DNA of 42,945 nucleotides from contig CBDBIJ010000056.1 in assembly GCA_965205655.1 (NCBI GenBank), forward strand, positions 1 to 42,945. The letters are read 5' to 3'. The stretch's first letter is position 1, and the number at the start of each line of letters is the position of its first letter. The position numbers were made by a program, and so were the translations under genes. The stretch comes from Candidatus Latescibacterota bacterium (GTDB lineage: Bacteria; Latescibacterota; UBA2968; UBA8231). Of the stretch, positions 38,420 to 42,945 are shown piece after piece. The notes beneath the pieces were generated by a model that saw only the letters and a list, made by a program, of their open reading frames with translations, made no database searches and had not been told where the DNA came from.

Positions 38420-40402
38420 GTGCTCGTACTACAGAGTGACATAACCGGCGACTTTGAGCGCGCCGTCCGTCGTGAATGGCTGGAAACCAACGGTCTTGGC
38501 GGCTGGGCGAGCTCGACCATTACCGGTGCTCACACCCGGCGTTACCACGGACTGCTCGTAGCAGCTCTGCGACCGCCCGTCGACCGTCGCGTTCTTCTAT
38601 CGAAGCTCGATGAGTCTGTGTCTACAGACCACGAGTTCACGGAATTGGGCTGTGGCATCTTCCCAGGTGTAGTACACCCCCGTGGTTTCAGCTATCTAAC
38701 GCGATTCACCCTCGATCCCTTTCCGACCTTCACCTTCGCTGTGGGGGAGCTGACACTGCGCAAAACCGTCGCCATGCTTCGCGGCGAGCACACGGTTGTG
38801 GTGACCTACGAGCTGCTCGGCGCGACTGAGCAGATGCAGCTCCACCTGCGTCCCTTTTTCGCGGGACGCGAGTATCATCATCTCGCCAAAGCCAATGACA
38901 GCGTGAATCGCGAAGTGAGTGTCGTAGACGGTATCCTGAGCTATCGGCAGTACCCCGATCAACCCGTCGTCTACCTGTCGGCTCCCGGCGCTCACTTCGA
39001 GACCGCCCCGGACTGGTTCTACGATTTCGAATATCCGCGCGAGTCGGAGCGCGGCCTCGACTGCACCGAGGACCTCTTCACTCCTGGCGTGCTGCAGATC
39101 GTCCTCAAACGGGAAAAGCCTCTCAACGTCATCGCCTCCACCGATGACCCTACCGGCCGTGACATAGAATTCCTGCTGGGCGCGGAAAGAGACCGTCGCC
39201 GAGCGATCGCCGTTCCCGCCGATCTGAAAGTGGACTGCTTCAGCGCGCTACTGCATTCCGCCGCTGACAAGTTCCTCGTGCGACGCGGCGCGGACCTGTC
39301 CACCATCATCGCTGGCTACCACTGGTTCACCGATTGGGGCCGCGACACCATGATCGCGCTTCCGGGGCTGTGTCTGGCTACCGGACGCTATGATGAGGCC
39401 AGACAGATCCTTGAGGCCTTTGCCGGCGCAATCAGCGAGGGCATGATACCCAATCGCTTTCCCGACGCCCGTGAGGAGCCGGAATACAACACCGTCGATG
39501 CCACGCTCTGGCTGTTTGTCGCCGCCTACAAGTATTTCCTCTACACAGCTGACAGTCAGTTTGTCCAATCGACCCTGTGGCCCTCGCTTCAGGAAGTCAT
39601 CGCCGCTCACAGGCGCGGAACGCGATTCGGGATTCGAATGGAGGAAGACGGTCTGCTCAGCGCTGGTGCCGAGGGTGTTCAACTGACCTGGATGGATGCG
39701 AAAGTTGGCGATTGGGTGGTCACTCCCCGGCAGGGCAAGCCGGTGGAGATCAACGCATTGTGGTACAACGCCCTGCGCATCCACGCCTTCTTCGCGCACC
39801 GCTTCGACAACGACGACACCGCCCGGGCCTGCGAACGCTTCGCCGGGCGCGTGGCCAACCGATTCGAGGAGCTGTTCTGGAACCCTGACTGCGGTTGCCT
39901 CTACGATGTGGTCGAGGGCGACTCGCGCGACGGAGCGGTGCGCCCCAATCAGCTCTTCGCCCTCAGCCTTCCCTTTCAGCTCCCGTTTGAAGATGGACGC
40001 GCTCGACAGATCTTCGATACCGTCGACGAGCATCTCTTTACACCGGTCGGCATCCGCTCCCTCGCCCCGAGCGACCCGGAATACCACTCCTGTTGTACCG
40101 GCTCACCTCTGGAGCGCGACGGCGCCTACCATCAGGGTACGGTGTGGGCATGGCTCATGGGCCCGTTCATCACCGCCCTCACCCGGATCTACGACGACGA
40201 CGGACGGCGGCGCGCGCGCAATATCATCAGGGGCTTCGAGCCACACTTCAGCGAAGCGGGGCTCGGCTCGATCTCGGAAATCTTCGACGGCGACCCGCCC
40301 CATACCCCGCGCGGCTGCATCGCTCAGGCGTGGAGCGTCGCGGAGCTGCTTCGCGCGCAGCACGAGGATATCGAGCGCAGAGCTCCTTCGTCCTTTGACT
40401 GA
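38420..40402 (+). CDS. Amylo-alpha-1,6-glucosidase / glycogen debranching enzyme
   Basis: REWLETNGLGGWAS, TRRYHGLL, IAGYHWFTDWGRDTMIALPG, LTWMDAK, RPNQLFA, YHQGTVW, GCIAQAWSVAE. Confidence 0.93.
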   Translation: MLVLQSDITGDFERAVRREWLETNGLGGWASSTITGAHTRRYHGLLVAALRPPVDRRVLLSKLDESVSTDHEFTELGCGIFPGVVHPRGFSYLTRFTLDPFPTFTFAVGELTLRKTVAMLRGEHTVVVTYELLGATEQMQLHLRPFFAGREYHHLAKANDSVNREVSVVDGILSYRQYPDQPVVYLSAPGAHFETAPDWFYDFEYPRESERGLDCTEDLFTPGVLQIVLKREKPLNVIASTDDPTGRDIEFLLGAERDRRRAIAVPADLKVDCFSALLHSAADKFLVRRGADLSTIIAGYHWFTDWGRDTMIALPGLCLATGRYDEARQILEAFAGAISEGMIPNRFPDAREEPEYNTVDATLWLFVAAYKYFLYTADSQFVQSTLWPSLQEVIAAHRRGTRFGIRMEEDGLLSAGAEGVQLTWMDAKVGDWVVTPRQGKPVEINALWYNALRIHAFFAHRFDNDDTARACERFAGRVANRFEELFWNPDCGCLYDVVEGDSRDGAVRPNQLFALSLPFQLPFEDGRARQIFDTVDEHLFTPVGIRSLAPSDPEYHSCCTGSPLERDGAYHQGTVWAWLMGPFITALTRIYDDDGRRRARNIIRGFEPHFSEAGLGSISEIFDGDPPHTPRGCIAQAWSVAELLRAQHEDIERRAPSSFD

Positions 40403-40448
40403 GGACAGCTCCCCTAGCTCGCGGGCCGGCCCCGCTCAGTAGGGCCCG

Positions 40449-41294
40449 CTATTTCAGAGTCTGACGTGCCGAGTCGAGCGCGTCGAAACAGAATCGAGCT
40501 GCCGCCCAGGGGTCGTAGTCGTCGCGGGTCCAGATCTGCCCGGTCACTTCCGGACAGATGTATCCGCTCCATCCAGCCGCCTGCATCAACTTGAAGTATG
40601 TCTCCAAATTCAGCTCGCCATCCCCGGGCAGCAGGTAGTTCACGCGGCCTCCCTCGTCGCGGAAACCATCCTTGAGATGGTTGTGTGCCGCGTACTTCAA
40701 ATTGAAATCGATGCAGTGCTGCAAGTCGATGCCGGCAACCCAGAAGTGGCTGTAGTCGAAATTGAGCCGCAGGTGTTCGCAGTCGGTGCGCTCCATCAGC
40801 CACGCTGCCTTTTCCGGCGTTTTGAAATCGCCACCGGCATGCGGTTCGACGGCGAGAATGCAGCCGTGTTCGGCGGCCATATCGGCGACTTCTAGCAGCA
40901 GACCGGCGATTTGCTCCCTGCCTGTATCCCAGTCCGGCTTGGGGTGGCCGATGGTCGTGGTGACGACCGGGGCTGTATCGTCGATTTTCAGGTCGCGGGC
41001 CAGTTCAAACGTGACCTCAAACTGCGCCAGCGCCTCCCCTCGGCCCTCGCCGGTCACACAGGGGGAGAGCAGGGCCATTATCGGAGGCGTCGAGAAGTCG
41101 AGACGGCGCAGGAGCGCCGACAGGTCTTGACGCGCTGCCCCATCCATTTTGGCCGGCTCGGTCGGCCAGCCCGGAGTGACCGTGATCTCCACGCCTTCGT
41201 AGCCCATGTTCCGGAGTCGCGGCAGGGCTTCGTGAACATCGAGACTCTTCATCCCGTATGTGCTGTAGTATAGTTGGATATGACATAGTTGCAT
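40449..41294 (-). CDS. Sugar phosphate isomerase/epimerase (xylose isomerase-like TIM barrel)
   Basis: GYEGVEI, AVEPH, NFDYSHF, HLKD, PGDG, E motifs; start uncertain. Confidence 0.85.
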   Translation of the reverse strand: MQLCHIQLYYSTYGMKSLDVHEALPRLRNMGYEGVEITVTPGWPTEPAKMDGAARQDLSALLRRLDFSTPPIMALLSPCVTGEGRGEALAQFEVTFELARDLKIDDTAPVVTTTIGHPKPDWDTGREQIAGLLLEVADMAAEHGCILAVEPHAGGDFKTPEKAAWLMERTDCEHLRLNFDYSHFWVAGIDLQHCIDFNLKYAAHNHLKDGFRDEGGRVNYLLPGDGELNLETYFKLMQAAGWSGYICPEVTGQIWTRDDYDPWAAARFCFDALDSARQTLK

Positions 41295-41365
41295 GTGACG
41301 AACGCCTCACTGTTCTTGTCTACTACCTACATTCAGGAGCGACATTTACCCACGAAGGCAACCAC

Positions 41366-42172
41366 ATGGGCGAACGCCTAAAAGACAAAGTGGCCATCGT
41401 GTCCGGAGCCGGTTCGATTGCTCCGGGCTGGGGAAATGGCAAAGCCACAGCCGTACTCTTCGCGCGCGAGGGGGCGAAGGTGCTCGCAGTCGATATCGAC
41501 GGCGCCGCCGCTGAGGTGACCCAGAGGATAATCGGCGAGGAAGGTGGCGAAGCTACCGTGGCCGAATGCGATGTGACGCAGGCGTCGCAAGTCGAAGCCA
41601 TGGTCGCCCGCTGCATCGACGTGTACGGACGCGTCGATGTCCTGCACAACAACGTCGGCATTGTGACGCTCGGTGGCCCTGTGGAAACGAGCGAGGAAGA
41701 TTGGGATCGCGTCAACGCGGTCAACCTCAAAAGCGTCTACCTCACCTGCAAACACGTCCTGCCCCACATGGAGCGCCAGGGTGGCGGCGCCATCGTCAAT
41801 ATCTCATCCATAACGGGAATTCGCTGGCTCGGCGTCCCCTACGTTTCCTACAGCGCCACGAAAGCGGCTGTCCTACAGCTCACTCAATCCGTCGCGCTGC
41901 AGTACGCTTCCAGGAACATCCGCTGTAACGCTGTGCTGCCGGGCCTGATGAACACCCCAATGGCCCAGAAGTCGGTTGCCGAGGCCTACTCGGGCGGCGA
42001 TGTCGAGAAGATGATCGAAATCCGCGACCGGCAGGTACCCATGGGGAAGCAGGGTGACGCCTGGGATGTCGCCTACGCGGCCTTGTTCCTGGCCTCTGAC
42101 GAAGCGAAGTATATCACAGGCACTCAGCTTGTCGTCGACGGCGGCTTCACCTGCAGCACCGTGTCGCCGTAG
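41366..42172 (+). CDS. SDR family NAD(P)-dependent oxidoreductase
   Basis: VAIVSGAGS..GNG, NNVG, NISS, YSATK, PG, ITG..LVVDGG. Confidence 0.93.
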   Translation: MGERLKDKVAIVSGAGSIAPGWGNGKATAVLFAREGAKVLAVDIDGAAAEVTQRIIGEEGGEATVAECDVTQASQVEAMVARCIDVYGRVDVLHNNVGIVTLGGPVETSEEDWDRVNAVNLKSVYLTCKHVLPHMERQGGGAIVNISSITGIRWLGVPYVSYSATKAAVLQLTQSVALQYASRNIRCNAVLPGLMNTPMAQKSVAEAYSGGDVEKMIEIRDRQVPMGKQGDAWDVAYAALFLASDEAKYITGTQLVVDGGFTCSTVSP

Positions 42173-42181
42173 CCTTCGTTC

Positions 42182-42880
42182 CTACTGCTCCCCGAGCAGC
42201 TTTTTCAACTCCCGCTCTTTTATGTGAAAAGCGTGCTCCTCGGTGGGAAAGCTCGCGTCCCGCACCTCCTGAATGTAGTGCTCAAACGCCCGCAGGATGT
42301 GGTCGTTCAGCTCAGCGTATTTCTTCACGAATTTTGGTGTGAAGCGCTCGAACATCCCCAGGATATCGTGTGCCACCAGCCCCTGTCCGTCGCAGCTGGC
42401 ACCGGCGCCGTAGCTGATGGTGGGAATCTCCAGTCGCTCCGTTATGATTCGTGAGATCTCGTCCGGCACGCATTCCAGAATGATGGCAAAGGCACCCGTG
42501 TCTTCGATTGCCGCGGCGTCATCGATAATCTCCTGAGCCCGCTCCGCATCTCGGCCCTGCGCCTTGAACCCGCCGAGCATGGAGATGTGCTGGGGAGTCA
42601 GGCCGATGTGACCCATGACGGGGATGCCCGCCCGTAGAATCGCGGCCACGATGGGCGTGGCGCTCCTCCCTCCCTCGACCTTGACTGCGTCTGTACTGCC
42701 TTCCTTCATGAAGCGGCAGGCATTCAGCACGGCGTCCGTTTCGATCGCATTGGACATGAAGGGCATATCACCGATCACAAAGGCGCGCTCAACGGCTCTC
42801 GTGACGGCCTTGGTGTGGTGCAGCATCTCCTGTAGCGTCACCGGTACCGTGGTCTCGTACCCCAGGACCGTCATCGCCAG
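42182..42880 (-). pseudogene. panB: Ketopantoate hydroxymethyltransferase, 5' part missing or interrupted at ~42882
   Basis: LAMTVLG, IGDMPFMS, VKVEGG, GHIGLTPQ, GQGLVAHDILG; expected upstream GDS is replaced by unrelated sequence. Confidence 0.85.
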
Positions 42881-42945
42881 CGTAACCGTTCACGTCCCTG
42901 CGTGACGGGTGTGTTGTGGCGGGATCTGGTGGTGTTGTGGATCTA

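Noticed and set aside
1..42945. CRISPR array, tRNA, rRNA, riboswitch or prophage
   Set aside because: No regularly spaced repeats, recognisable structural RNA or phage genes seen by eye; a covariance-model search was not possible

Overview
GC-rich bacterial genomic window. A FlgD-like NYPNPFNP C-terminal domain hints at an FCB-group lineage such as Latescibacterota, which is inference only. In order, it holds: (1) the end of a surface-polysaccharide cluster (two GT4, a NodU-type carbamoyltransferase, GT2, a WcaJ-like priming transferase, uppP) with an IS30 between the operon and its likely promoter; (2) a subtilase fused to a DUF1611-like P-loop domain plus an atypical acyl carrier protein, resembling orphan RiPP-maturation machinery; (3) a lexA-imuB/imuY-DUF6504-dnaE2 mutagenesis cassette extended by a PA0069-type radical SAM gene, with a perfect palindromic candidate operator; (4) an IS630 joining two different truncated genes; (5) nfuA followed by a B12/radical SAM gene whose apparent TGA stop is probably selenocysteine (WYC-U-AEP tail, SECIS-like hairpin); (6) housekeeping and metabolic genes (MATE, ATP-grasp, moeA, lsrF-like, acs, glycogen debranching enzyme, SDR, truncated panB), with a head-to-tail IS630 tandem in the acs stop codon. 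Several single-base frameshifts cluster in 2.8-11.6 kb and may be sequencing errors. No rRNA, tRNA or CRISPR array was seen.
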